Part shown: positions 11,401-25,145 of the stretch, one piece after another
Layout: each line of letters begins with the position of its first letter
How positions within the stretch are numbered: the first letter of the stretch is position 1
NCBI GenBank assembly: GCA_904063045.1
Contig: CAJFCJ010000016.1
Span: 620,001 to 684,000, forward strand
Reading direction: 5' to 3'
Origin: Dimorphilus gyrociliatus
Taxonomy: Eukaryota; Animalia; Annelida
Length of the DNA: 64,000 nucleotides
Position numbers and translations under genes: made by a program
Notes under the pieces: model-generated
What the model was told of the DNA's origin: nothing
Database searches by the model: none
What the model saw: the letters and a program-made list of their open reading frames with translations, nothing else

Positions 11401-12700
11401 ACAATCGTTTCACAGAACTAGGAGGAATTTATTTGGGTCAAGGATTGGTAAAAATAAAAACAATTATATATTTTGTTTATAAAATCCCATCTAACACCTT
11501 ATAAATTGAAAAATAAATAGGCTGTTAACATGGGCTTGAGCGATCTTGACTTAAGTTGGAATGGTATTAGGAGAAAAGGTGGTGAAGCTATAGTCAAAGC
11601 CTTAAAGGTTTTTACTCAATACTATTATTTAATAAAAATTCATCTTAAAGCAATTATTTATAATATTTTAGACAAACACGTCATTAGAAATATTAGATTT
11701 ATCTTGGAATGGAATTTCACTTCAGGGAGGAGAAGCGCTTGGTACGGCTTTAAGAATTAATAAAGGCTTAAAAGTATTAGATATTACGTGAGTATGAATA
11801 AAAGCAAATTATCTAGAATAAATTGAAGATTATTGATAAAATCTATAATTCTTTTAAAGAAATAATCGATTGAATGAATTAGCAGCCAAAAAATTAGCTT
11901 TAGGTTTGTCAAAGAACCAAAGATTAGAGACTCTATTGGTAAGATGAAATATTTACCTTAAGCACTTATTTTTATGTCATTTTTAATTAGATGGGCTCCA
12001 ACATTATTGGAAGTTCTGGAGTTGAAGCAGTATTAAAAGCTACTAATAATCATCCTAGGCTTAAATTACTTGGATTAGAGGTAAGTAATCTGTTATATTG
12101 CTATACAAATAGTTTAATAATTATTTAAAATAAAGGATATTCAAATGTCGCACCAAGTTCACGTTAAGATACACAGCATTATCAAGGAAAAGGAAATCAT
12201 GATTATGTATACCGAAGGCGGTGGTCAACAAGCTAAAATACAACAAACCGTTTTAGCAGTATTTGATAAGTTCATTACGGATAATGCAGACAGACTTGAA
12301 GATTTATTTAATCAAATGGATAAAGATAAAAGTGGTGACGTCACACTAGAAGAATTAAAGTTTGGCCTTAAAGATTTCGGATTAAGGTTAACTAGTGTAA
12401 GTGAATTTTATTACTCTGTAAAAACCTACGAAGATAACATTAAACTTTCCCTTTTGTTTCAATTTATAATAGAAACAGTTAGACATGTTAATGGACGTTT
12501 TAGACGCTGATAAGAGTGGAACGATAGAATATACTGAATTAATGAATGGATCTTCAATGGTAAATAAAGAAAAAGAAAAGATTGCTAGAGCAAAGAGAGA
12601 AAAAGAAATAATGGCTGAAAGTGCAGCAGTTAAAAAGGCTAGAGAATTGGAACAGAAATCTCAAGTAGCGGCATTAGTTGCACAAGCCGAATCTGCATAA
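8454..12700 (+). CDS. LRRC74: LRRC74A/B-like protein: acidic N-terminus, ribonuclease-inhibitor-type LRRs, two C-terminal EF-hands
   Basis: Exons 8454-8610, 9724-9848, 9914-9989, 10682 onward splice in frame (all GT-AG). SDGWDTDIE motif and LYKENCEKSGVVPV...MRHHYLG as in the LRRC74 family; about 9 LxxLxLxxN repeats; canonical EF loops DKDKSGDVTLEE and DADKSGTIEYTE; TAA at 12698-12700. The first exon is less certain, and ATG9729 is an alternative start. Confidence 0.88.
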
Positions 12701-13399
12701 ATAACGATATATGACATATCTTCATCTCTCATATATCTAATCTATTTTCACCCATCGACCATTCCCTTAAACAATTACCAAAAATGCCCTTTCCCTTTCT
12801 TTCCCTTTGTTTTTTATATATCAAAAGTGCCATGATCTCGTAGACACTATATACTTCATTGTTTCCTATTTATTAAACACTTTTGTTATAAATACAATAC
12901 TAAACACATTCAGAATACATTTAGAGTTTCGCAAACATTCGAAAAAAAGTTCGTCACGTAATGTCTATTCTCTAAAAAGAATGACCTAATTGCGTATTGA
13001 ACTTTCTTAGAAGAATATAGAGCCTTCTTTTTATAAATGCGCTATTTAATTTACATTTATCATTATTATATACAGTAATAAAAAATTGTATATGCTCTTT
13101 TTAGATATAAAGTAGATTTAAGAGTCTATTATTGCTAGTAGAATATACTGTTGCTGACGTAAATCTTCAGCTATACCTATATTAGATTGTTACATTTGGT
13201 AATACGTTTTAGCAAATTTTATATCAGTCGATTGGGTTGGCTGGGAAGCAATTGTTGCCTTTGACACTTTTTTTCTCCCTTTAGGTATTGTTTGCTAACA
13301 AGTAAAGTTTCCTTGTTGTTTGTAATAGATTCTGTACTTCAAGGAATAAAGTGTAAAATTAGATTGTCTCTTTTCCTTGATATCTAAAAAACAGATACT

Positions 13400-14510
13400 G
13401 AATCAAACAGCTTATATTAAGCAAATTAGAGTTCAAAGAAATTCTCGATTGGTATTAAAACTTGATTTGAAAAAAAACTAAGCATTAACATTTCGTTTAT
13501 TGATAAATTACTGAATTATATCCTGGAAATGTTGATAAACCAAGATTTTCACTTATAAAAGTATTTTCAACCGGTGCAATTGCTATATCATATATTTTTG
13601 CTTATTGGTAAGAAATTAATTCACCAATTTATGGAGGTTTAACATTAGATTATCGAGATTTGACGAAAAAACATTGGAATTCCTCTAGATAATGGACATG
13701 ATCTCTCAACAAATAATTTCTATTAAAGATTTTGATGGATTTTGATTTTTTCGTAAAATATTAAAATATATAATCACGTGTTTATTAATTAAAATCAAGG
13801 AAAAGCTTTTTAACATTGGAAAATAATTAATACTTTTTTAAAATACGAAGATAATCCATTCTCAAAATATTTTTTTGCTATTATTGTCCCTTTTAATGAA
13901 ACTGATTAATTTTTTGGTAATCAGACAATCATATTCATAGTTGATCATTATTAATCTTTAAAATATATGGAAAATTAAAAGGTGTTGAGTATCCAGCTGT
14001 TCTGAATACCACTTACGTGAACCAACAGCCATAAAAAAAATGATTTGGCTTTGATAATATTCAGTCCTTAATCCAATAAACAAAATTCTTTCTTTTGTGA
14101 GTACTTAAAATGATTGATGATCATGTGATCAACATGAGTTAAAATATTTGGCATAATGGTATATGAGAATTAAACTCTTTCGATTAAATATTAACGATAC
14201 TTATGGTATTTTGGTAAGTGAAAAGCCATTTATATTCAAAAAACTAGGATACCTACTATGATGAAATTTCATCCTAAGCGTAGATTTGACTATGAGACTA
14301 TAAGAACATGAAATTGAAGATAATTTGACAATATTACAATAAATATGTTATATCATTAATAAGTACTTTAAAGACTATCAATAATTTGTTATGAATTCAT
14401 ACAAAAATGTAGAATGCTTTCATTACGGATTTCGGTATCAAACTTAAATTCCAAACAGTTCTTACAATACATAACACACAGTTCAAAGGTTTAATTTCAA
14501 TTGAACAATA
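13400..14510 (+). pseudogene. Possible decayed coding remnant with an SF1-helicase motif V-like peptide
   Basis: Stop-interrupted but protein-like frames; KIYGKLKGVEYPAVL (KGVEYPAV at 13978-14001) resembles the KGLEFxxV motif V of UvrD/Schlafen-type SF1 helicases. Weak. Confidence 0.2.
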
Positions 14511-15883
14511 TAATTTGACTAAGTTGATATAGATTAAATGTGACTGAAATATGAATTATAATAAATGAACTCTATGTTCAAAAAAACTAATAATGAAATA
14601 TACAAAATACAGTATTCAATCTAGATGCTACGACACATCGAAAACATCCAACTGATATACTGGAATTGTGTGTAGTAAAGGCTAGTAGTACACCATAAGG
14701 AACAATCTGTTAGCTTCGTAACTGGATATTGAAACGTTCATAGAACTACTAGAAATAGGACTGAGAAATGATGTGGGATAATGAAACCAACTTGTGTAAT
14801 GATTACTGAATAGCTGGAAAATCAACTATTGATTGCATCAACTAATACAATATGGTAATCATTTGAAATTTACAAAAAAGGGTAATATGTTGTCTCTTGC
14901 CTATCGTATGGTCAACAAGCCACTTTTCCTAGCAAAAACGATTAGACTTGTTTTAGCTTTGTAATTTTAACTGCTGAGCTATCAACTATAGAACTGATAA
15001 AGTAGATTATATGTAAAGAATAAGTTGGCCCTACAGATGGAGACAGAAGCGGTTGTTAACGAGAGGTAATGATTCGATAAATTCCTTTCCAGTACAAAAT
15101 GGAAATGGGAAGTCTGAGAAAATATTTAAAAATATCAAAATATGAAGATATAAATATGGAACGGAGGAAATCTTTGAAACGAGATAACTGGCATATTTAT
15201 ATTCTTCCATCACATGAAACTCCCTTAATAAATGATGTTAAATGTTACAAAAGTATGGCAAAATGCAGCAAAATTGTCAATACTAGTTCAAATATAATAA
15301 TATTATAACAAACAGTCTTATTGATGGAGTACAGAGTATCTATTTTCCTTCGTTGGTTTACTGAGTTTTATAGACGAATACATCACATATTTTCTGAAAG
15401 TATTCTCTCTCTCTGTCTTTCTCTTTCTCTCTTTTCTGCTTATTCACTTTTAGTGTCGCTGATGACTGCATTATTCGTTCATCCATTGAATTGTGATATG
15501 TACATTCTTGAGATTATTGTATTTCTAATTCTTACTTTGTTTCAAAGTAGAGTATTGTTTAAAAATAGAATAATGACAAAATTAAGGTATAAAATATCCA
15601 ATATTTTCATTTAAAGAGTGTAAATTGGATAACGTTGAAAAGTGGAAATTAACATTTTGAATGTTCTATGATATAATTGAAGTATGTTTGTCAATGAAAA
15701 TTTGGGAAATGTAGAGTAGATAGGGTAATGTATCCCATCAGCTACATATACTGTATATATACCGTCTAGTGTATCTGTAATAATTTCATACGTAACAATA
15801 ATATATATTTACAAATGAAAAGCTAATACTCAATGCTGGCTGTAAAGAGTAGTTGTAAACTAAATAAGAATTTAGAAAGAAAA

Positions 15884-15888
<5 letters not shown>

Positions 15889-15924
<36 letters not shown>
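15889..15924 (+). repeat. (GA)18 microsatellite
   Basis: Read directly. Confidence 0.95.
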
Positions 15925-15928
<4 letters not shown>

Positions 15929-17454
15929 GCAATTTACCTTTACATCTAAAAGATCCACTGAATCAACAATTTAGATTGTAATTTGAATTCTAAATATACA
16001 GAGGACTATTACAAATAATTTAAATTAAAACCTTAATAACTATGTATGTGGGATGAAGAAGTGTATAGTAAAGAATATATATTCAAATTTACTATATAAT
16101 ATATATAAACTGTATATATATAGTATATTTATTCATTTAGAATTTTAGACTAAATAAAGGAGATATCGGAATAATAATAATAATAGAATTTATTCAAATA
16201 TTTAATCTTTTTTAGTCTTCTTTTATTTGTTTTCTACACTCGAAAAAATTCTTTTTACTATTCTAGAATTTCTTTGTTAAAAGGTCAAAAATAAAAAGAT
16301 AAAGAATTAATAAAAGAAAAATAAGAACAAAAACATAAAATGCATAGAAATTTCGTGGAAAAAGTAAAATGTACAAGTTTTGTTTTCTTCTCTTTTATCT
16401 TCTTTTCTTTTCGATATACATGCATTTTTCTTTTTCAAATAGTATTATATAATACAATAGACATTTCTCATAACCAATAAGGTAATTGACCATATAATAA
16501 TTAGTAGATATAGTATCTTTTTATATTGAAAGTTATAAAAAACAAATAAACAAAAAATAAAAACAAAACTTAATTAGCAAAGCAGTTAAAAAGGAATATT
16601 AGTAGGACGGAAAGAATACATATCTTTCGCTTTTTGTTATCATTATTATCGCTCATCTTATTATTTTCTTTTTATCATCATTTAAGAATAAGTCAAAGAG
16701 ACTCCAAGAGTTTTTATCATTCCGATATTTATGTTTGAAAAAGTTTATGTATTCTTCGTCTTTTGGAATATATACTTTATATAAAATATAGAAGTATATA
16801 CCCCTAAATTGTCCCCAAGAAATTATACATTTCACAGAGATTTACACATGCTTATACAATGTTTTTCATCAATATAATTACAGAACTGACTAGCCTTTGA
16901 AACCATGAAATTTTCGTTTCTTTTCTCTTTTCTGGTAACCTCGACTTTGTTGTTCTGGATTCGTAATGCGCCCAACTTATATCAATAATTTGCAGTTATT
17001 CAATTAAACGTATTTTTAGGAAAAACAAATGGAAAAACGAAAAATTAGCAGTGGAATTAGAAATGAAAAGTTAAAATAACATAACTAAAAGATGTAGAAG
17101 AAGCATTGTTTCTTTTTCTTTATCATTCGGTTTGTCTTGTTTCTTTTTTTATACTTCGTTTTGTGTTATAATATTCTCTTTCCTTTGTGTCAAGTGGCAA
17201 AATAGAAGAGATTTCCAAAAAAAAATGAAGAGAAAACATAACAGAACGACTAAACCGATTTAATTATTCAATACAGATAGAGAAGGAGAGAGAGAGATAA
17301 ATAGATAAGCAGAGAAAGGGTTACAGAAGAGAGAGAGAGAGAGATTAAGAAAGTATTTAAAATATTTCACTTTTTCTCTTCTTACTTTAGTCTTCTCATT
17401 TAAATAGTTTTAGAGTTTAACTTTACAAGAAAGAAATCAACTTGTTAAAATTTC

Positions 17455-20400
17455 TTACAGCCACGCTCCAGCCTCTTTTTCTATTAAGGCGGCTGCATCA
17501 GTTCGTCCCATAACTCTTAAACAGTTCATTAATTCACCAACTGAATTTGTATCGGTTTGGCGGGCTTCCCATAATTGTAAAATTTGCTCTGTTGGGCTTA
17601 TTTTATTTGTAAAATAGGTGGCATATCTGTCAACTGCTAATCTTTGCGCTAACATCCTCCAATCGTTACCCCTTGGTTGTGGTACATCCAACAAGCTACA
17701 AAGATGCTTCTTTGTTGTTGCTGATAGCCTAAAATTATTTATTAAATGACCATTTGAAGATAGGATAGCCGTTCTTGGTGATTTCCTGGATTCGGTTGAG
17801 ATAAACAGAGTCTGTTGGTCTCCGTCAACCTGATAGATATGAAGAGCGCATGATAAAGGAGAATGAGTAGCACCGGCTGAATAATTGAGTTGTTCAAATG
17901 TGAATGAACAATTTAAGCTATACGGAGCATTCCATACATGGTCCTCTGGAATTTGTTGCGAAGAAACTTTCGATTTCCAACCAATTCCTTTTACATCCTC
18001 AATTAAAACGCACAAATTTCCAGAAGTATATTGGAACAGTAATTGATGTGGTTCACATAATAAATCTCCTCCTAATTTCGTTTCAACGTTCATAACCTCC
18101 TAGTTTTGGTAGAAAAACAAAATCTCATGAGAAATTTATAATACAGATGGCACTAGTAATATAAAGTATCTGCATGTATAGTATATATAGAAAGCATAAA
18201 TCGTTGCTTTTTGTACTTTTTTAGCCTTGATCATTCAAAGAGAGAAGAACCTAAAGTTTCTAAACTTTATTGGTTTCGTAATTTTTCAGCGAATATTACA
18301 TATATACGTAATAAAAGCCTAATTTATCTATCATTGAGGTAAGAAAAACCTTAAAAAAGAAGGTCTTATGCAACCTTCTACAAAAGAATGTTTTCATACA
18401 AAGCTGGCGTTAAATTCTTGTAATCATTGTTAAGAAAAAAAGAGGTTGAAGGGGGAAAAAACGTTATCAAAACTATGCGAACGTTTTCATATGGGCTCTA
18501 ATTATATTTTAGTCCTACACATTGACCTATATTCAATATAAAAAAGAACGTTAGAAATTCAAGTTAACAAGGAGAAAATAAAGGACGATTAAGTATGAAA
18601 AGAACAGAATGGATTAAATTATCCGTACAGAAGAAAGGTTGACAGATGTCAGCAAAACTATTTTCCATAAAAAAAAGTATCAAATAGGTGTCGCTACTAG
18701 ATAGAGAAAGACGCAAAATTTTTCGTCTACCCTCATGGGAATATTAGATAAAAAAACCGTTAAATAATTAAAAACCCGCTGTGCGTCAATAATACAATTA
18801 ATATTATAAAAAAAATACTTTTAATAGATATTTTTTAATAAATTCTTTATAATATATGGTTCTTATAAGCACTTCAACCTATCGGTCATAGCCTAGGGGC
18901 TATCATCATCAATCATGCTAATTAGAGCTGCTTTTTTATACTTTAAACGAAATTCAACAACAGAATAAAATGTCGGTGATTGGATTTTTTTTTTTAATAT
19001 TAAAATAGCTATGTATACTATTCAAATATAAAGATATAACATTACTATATATTACACACTTCAGTAGGCCTATTTATGGAAGAAAATGAAAAAAGTTACA
19101 GTTTAATACTTTAGCTTTCTTTAAGCCAGATGATCAAAGTAAGCTTCATTAGATTTCATATCATATTCTTAAGTACATAGAGTAATTTTTATTTACTCGA
19201 CTATTTGTCCAATAGGAAATTCATAAACTACAGAAGATTGCATATACAGCCTAGAGCAAAAGCCTTTCAAACGTTAAACTGCTTAAGCGTTTCTTATTTC
19301 ATTCATTTGCGTAAACATTTAAAGTAGTTTTGAAGGTTAATTAGGTCAAAGATAGGTTAAGAGATAAAGATTAACTTACTTCCAAAGCGCATTGCGTGTC
19401 GTGGACAACGTAGAGACGAACGTTATAATCGGGAGGTGAACTCTGAGAAAAGGCGACGACCTTTAATAATTTCACAGCCTTCCCAGTCGGTTCGCCGAGT
19501 AGGGTGTACTTCCTTAAACAATCCGTCATCACGTGACAGCGTTCAGCGTCCATCTGCACGTATAGAGGCGTCTCCGTCTCCTCCCCGACGGTAACGGCCC
19601 ACTGATCGCTGCAGAGCGTCACTCTCCAATTACCGTGCTTCAATGAGGCGCAATGCTCGAAGGAGAGAACAACGGGTTTCTTTAAATTAACCCTGGACGG
19701 TCCTAACTCTATTACTGGCCCCAATATCGTCTGACCTGGACGGACTATGGGCCTTTCATCCCTGCAAACACTGAGAAATATTTCCTCCACTTGTTCCAGA
19801 CTTCCCTCAGCAACTGTTAATGTAACTCCCGCAAGTTGTAGTCTACCTCCCGAAGGACCTAGCGACGCCCATGTACTGCCTTCTTTTGCATTTACCTCAG
19901 AGTATAGAGCAGAAATGGGTCGTTTTGTTGATGCTTCTATAAAAATATAAATAAAATAGGTTAAAAAATCTAAATCTACAGTTTATAAAAACAAGTTTCC
20001 CTTCTTTATATATACATTAAAAAAAGGAATTACCTGAGAAATTATTGGTTAAAACAGTTTGAGTAATATCAGGTGGATCCACTTTGATAAAGTTTCTTCT
20101 CTTTTTTCTTTCTCGTCTTCTCCAAATTACTACGGGCGTCGCCAGAGCAATTGTTACTAGAAGCGTAACTGCTAGGCCTAAAGCCACTAACAACCCGACT
20201 TTCTTAGCTAGAGAAAAAAAAAGGAAAAAATAAAGCGGATGCTAGAAAAGAACGTAATGTGTACAAAAGCTCTAGAGTATATATCAAAGCGAATGCAAAC
20301 TTTTCCATCGATTGTTTGCGTAAGGAGACGCCGATAGTCACCGTATGCCGATTTTTTTTTTCAAATACCCTTATCTCAATTAATTTCTTCTCTCTTCTCT

Positions 20401-23400
20401 TCAATTTCCTCATCTATCTTTTAGTGATAATCTTTTCACTTGAATTTTAATAATCCCTACAATACTATAAAACCAATTAACTTATTTATATTAAGCGCTA
20501 CTCTTACTTATAAAGATTTAAAATTGAATGGTTTTTTTTACGTTTGCATGAACAATTTGACAAAAGAGACCTGCATTTTCTCCAATTATTAACTCGCACG
20601 ATTTGGCACAATCCTATTTTTCTAAAACGGATTAAACCATTCGCTAGATGGCGTAAAGGAATTTATCAGAAAAACCTTTGCTCCTGTGAGTTTTTTAGTA
20701 TCTTTTTCTTATTAATTAGTTTGTCTAATGTACTTTAAAGCGTTCGGATTTTCCGGTGCATTGAGCAAGATAAAAGGGACGTTTCGTGATAAACTATTAC
20801 GAAGCAACTGTAACTCTTAACGAAAACAGCGTCTTTCAACAAGAAATCCGTATAGGCTTACAATTCAAACAGAAAATAAAGGAAAAGAAAAACGTACCAT
20901 TGTCGCCCTGCTGAAAGCGAGGCTGTTTCGAATGGAAGCCACCTGTAAAGTGGAACTAGTGTAAACAGTCTAATTGTTGATTTAAAGGCTTAGAGGGGGG
21001 AAAGAATCTATATAAACTATATATATACTTACGTCTACACATTCCCCCCGTGCAATTCCTAGCTTGAGAATCGACGCCTAAGCATCTATTTCCGCGATGC
21101 TTTGGAGGGGGATTATCGCAAATGCGAGTACGTATTCTGTTACACGAAGCTAGACAACTCGACCATGGCGTCCAATAACTCCATTGACCATTAACTGAAA
21201 CAAATAATTACGTTATTAATTTTTTATTAGTTTTAATAATTAAACCATTTAATTATATAATCTATTGTGATTCATTTGCGTGGTCTACACAGTATATATA
21301 TATATGCTTATATAAGTATCATTATGTATTCATTTATAGGTTCAGTCAGACCTAAATGAACCATAGGTTCTTAACAAGTTCTAGTTGAGATAAGAGCGAG
21401 GAAACTGTAATCAATAACATATTATGAAACACTGGAGAAAACTTTCTCTTAGGAGAAGAAGTAACTTGTCCAACAGAGGGCGTAGCTTATAATATGAATA
21501 TATACTGTATATATATATATTATTTATCTATGCCACTGATAAAAAGATGGAATAGAATAGAACCAAAAAGGAATATGGTGGAAAAATCATTTAAAAGGTT
21601 ATGGAAGCACCGTAAAAGTGCATTAATTTTACATTGTATGATGTTATTTGTTTTGGGAATTGTCCCGTTTAGGGAGCAATGATTACCGCATAAATTTATG
21701 ATTAATTCTGTTCGCTTTTGGACCGCTTAAGCCTCAAAGTCTTTAGAAATATAGACATAAAAAAAATAAGAGGGAGAGGGATGGGAAGAGGAGGAATCGA
21801 GAGGAACAGGAGAGAAAAAGGATATTTGAGCATCTCTCTTTCAATCTTGTTTTTCTTCTTCTTTTCATGAACAAAGAGTCTTCCTTTCCTATTAAAATAT
21901 TTTCTTTTTCTCATTCCCTAATCCCTTACGCGACATAACTATATACCTGATATATTTTCTCTGTCTATATATACAACATAAAACTGTCACTAGTCAATGT
22001 GTTCTGTCATTGAGATTTTTTTTTCAACTTTTGTTGTAGGACCATCTGGTTTATAAAGAAATACTTAAAAGACTTTTATATAAATGCAAGTACGATAAGA
22101 AATAAAGCAATGTTTTCGTTTATTTCGTAAAAGCTACATCCCCTGATAATAATTTTTGAAGATTGCGATTGAACGTCTCAAAGGTGGAAAAAAATTCTCT
22201 TATTTTAAGACACTTCACAAGTTTTCTTATCTCAGCAGACGTAGTCCCCAGGGTGGATCTTGAAAAAACTCTCGCTAGCAAAATCTAACAGAGATCTCAG
22301 ATGTTTTAAACGATAATGAACAGAAGCACCATTAAAAAAAATGAGGGGGTCTGACTGGTTGTCTAAACTTTCTTCAAAAGTTCCAACAGTGCCGCTTAAA
22401 ACAGGGAAAAACCGATGCGAAAGGAATATTTCGATCGCTACCTCGATAAGAGAGGAAGAACTGGAGGGGGTCTGAGTTTAAGTTACGTAATAATTCGATA
22501 TTTAAACGCACCTGCACGGGGCGGTGGCTCCCATAAAAAGGAGGACGTTGATAAGAATCAGTGGCTGGGGGGGTGATTTCTAGCCAGACTGCTAAAAGTC
22601 GTGTTTTGTGTATATTCTATACAGACTTTGCAATTCTCTAACAATATATATTTATATAGTTAATGTATATTGGATTAATAAAAATAAGTATTTAAAAAAT
22701 AGCTCATAATAAGGCATAGTGATTAAATTAATAACCGTACTAATATATTCTTTCAGCAGATGTTGGAATGAGAGAAAGAAAGAGAGAAGAGTAAAAGAGC
22801 GGGAGAGACGAAGATAGAAAGAAGAGAAAAGTAGGAGAAATAGAAGAGAAACTTGCCGAACAACAGATGTTTGGCAGATCTGGGACGATGGTGATTGTTC
22901 GCGAAGGGGTTATTAAGTATGAACTGGGAATTGTGGACAAAGAAATTTAATTTTGGATGAGTGTTTTTAAACCATTCTTACATACTATAGAAACTATTTG
23001 TATACAATATAGTATTATTTTGCGGGTACCAACTGCACTAAACAAAGACTTTAAGCGAAGGATCTCTACTATGTGATCTGTTTAGGATTTACCATTAAAA
23101 CCATTAGTTTAAGCGTTGAAATAAAAACCAAATATTTGAATAAATCGGTGATTTGGGAATTCTATTTTATTTTATTTTTCACTGCAAAAGATGTTTTATG
23201 TTAGATAAGAATTTTTGTAAACAACCACACACTTAGACCATCATCACTCCATCAGAAACCTTTTAAACTAGTAAAATATATTTATATATAGTTATAAACT
23301 ACATAGTAGTTTTATAATATTGATCCATCTCTTTTTTATTCGCTAGTAAATAAGTTAACGATTATGTGTACTATGGTGAGGCTAGGGTTAAAGGGTTGTT

Positions 23401-25097
23401 ATAAGCCGTAATTGAAAGAAGATCAAATGGAGGAGGAACACTTTGATAAATATTCCAAGCAAATTATGTTATAAGGTTATAGACGGAAGTAATATTAGAC
23501 CCATTAGGTAAGTTACAGTCACTTTGTAGCCCTCTTTCTCGATTTCCTAGGAATTTGTAGGGAGCTATAGCAGAAATACTAAAGGTATGTTAAGGTTATG
23601 GGAAAAAGTTTAAAAGGTTATCACTCTTACATTATAATTAACTTTTCATTTTCATGCGGAAAAAAAAACGAAATTTAATATATCGGCTATGAAGATAAAT
23701 GACAAGAAGAGAGAGCGAGAGAGAGAAGGCTTAAAAAACATCCTAAACCTTTACTTTTTCTATCTGGGTCTGCCTTTCTCCCCCTCCCTCAAATCCTTCC
23801 ACCCTTCAGTAGTTTTTCTACTCCTCCTCTTCCTTGTTCCTATTCTCTTTTAGCATTTTAAAAAGAAGAATTAACTCGAGCCATTGCGTTATTTGAATGG
23901 TTCAAAATGGAAAATTTTTTTTTATCCATTTCAATCCTAACTAACAACAAATATTTGTCAACATATTGCATATACTATATATATAGTATACTGTATATAA
24001 ACTCCTCTATAAAATACAACAATTGGAAAAAGAGTGTGGAAAAGAAACATAAAATAGAAACATAAAGACAACATTAAACTGTCGTTTTTTCACATTTATA
24101 AGTCGTTTTAATTTTCTACGCCATAAAATTTGCTCTAAATACATTTCCTTTTTTCTTATAATATAAAAAAAGAAAGAAAAGAGGGAGGTGGAAAAAGTAG
24201 AGGGTGGCAGTAATAGTTTAAGAATAAAGTATCCAAAAAAGTGTTAAAACTACAAGGCCTTTTTTGTCATTATTTATACTTATTGAACCTAAATAGTTCC
24301 TTTTGTATATATTTTTATTCAACAAAATAGCCAATTTTAATGAATATAAGCATAAACTTTACTATTTTACCAACTTTTACGCTTTCTTTTCTCTCTTTCT
24401 TTTTTTTTCTTTCCTCCTTAGAATCTTAAAGTTTCAACTAAGCCCTTTTTCAAACAGAACCAAACAAGAGAGATAGTAATATTATATTAGGAATTACAAT
24501 ATTTAAAAAGAAAGATTAATCGTTTGACGGATTTTTTTTAAGTTTGTTTTTTCTCTATTCTTTCTTTTCTTTCTTTTTTATGTTCACTATTTATAATTCT
24601 CTTTTGTTTACAGCCGTCAGCGCTTACTTGGACGATAATTGTACAGCTAGAGAGATAGGAAGGGGAGGTGTTATAAATAGTAGGTGAGAAAGATTGGTAG
24701 GAGGGCTGCTGACTATAAAGGAGTGAAAGTCAGTAAGAGAGAGAATAAGGAGGAAAAAGAGAAAAATTACGCCAAGCATCTGTTTTCACTGGATAGCTTT
24801 AGGACAGAAAAATGTTTCAAATTAAAACATTCCCTTTCTTCCCTTTCTTCATTGATTCCATTTAAAGATCATCTTGGGAACATTTTGGTTACTGATTACA
24901 ACCAAAAAAAGAAAAAAAGATATAAATCTACGAGTTTGTAGGGATGGATAGAAAAAAAGAGGAAAAAAACTTAGTAAACCCCCCTTATTTATTATCACAT
25001 AAATTAAAGGAACCATATGTGTTTCTCTCTCTTTTTAGAGTAATTCAGTAATGCTCTCAAGTAAAATCAATAAGCGGCGTTTATTTTTATACTAATA

Positions 25098-25145
<48 letters not shown>

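Noticed and set aside
6733-14510. Alternative genetic code (TAA/TAG read as Gln) to rescue the stop-interrupted frames
   Set aside because: Intact genes in the window end in TAA (EML, LRRC74, UNC5, GlyR-like, PhyH copy 2), and the remnants also contain TGA stops and frameshifts.
15031-16835. Short ORFs at 15031-15614 and 16653-16835
   Set aside because: Could not be joined into a coherent spliced model, and part is a (CT)n tract.
20066-20086. Caspase site (DPPD) in the UNC5 juxtamembrane region as a dependence-receptor cleavage site
   Set aside because: P1' is Ile, which is unfavourable, and the segment more likely corresponds to the PDLT-like motif of invertebrate UNC5s.
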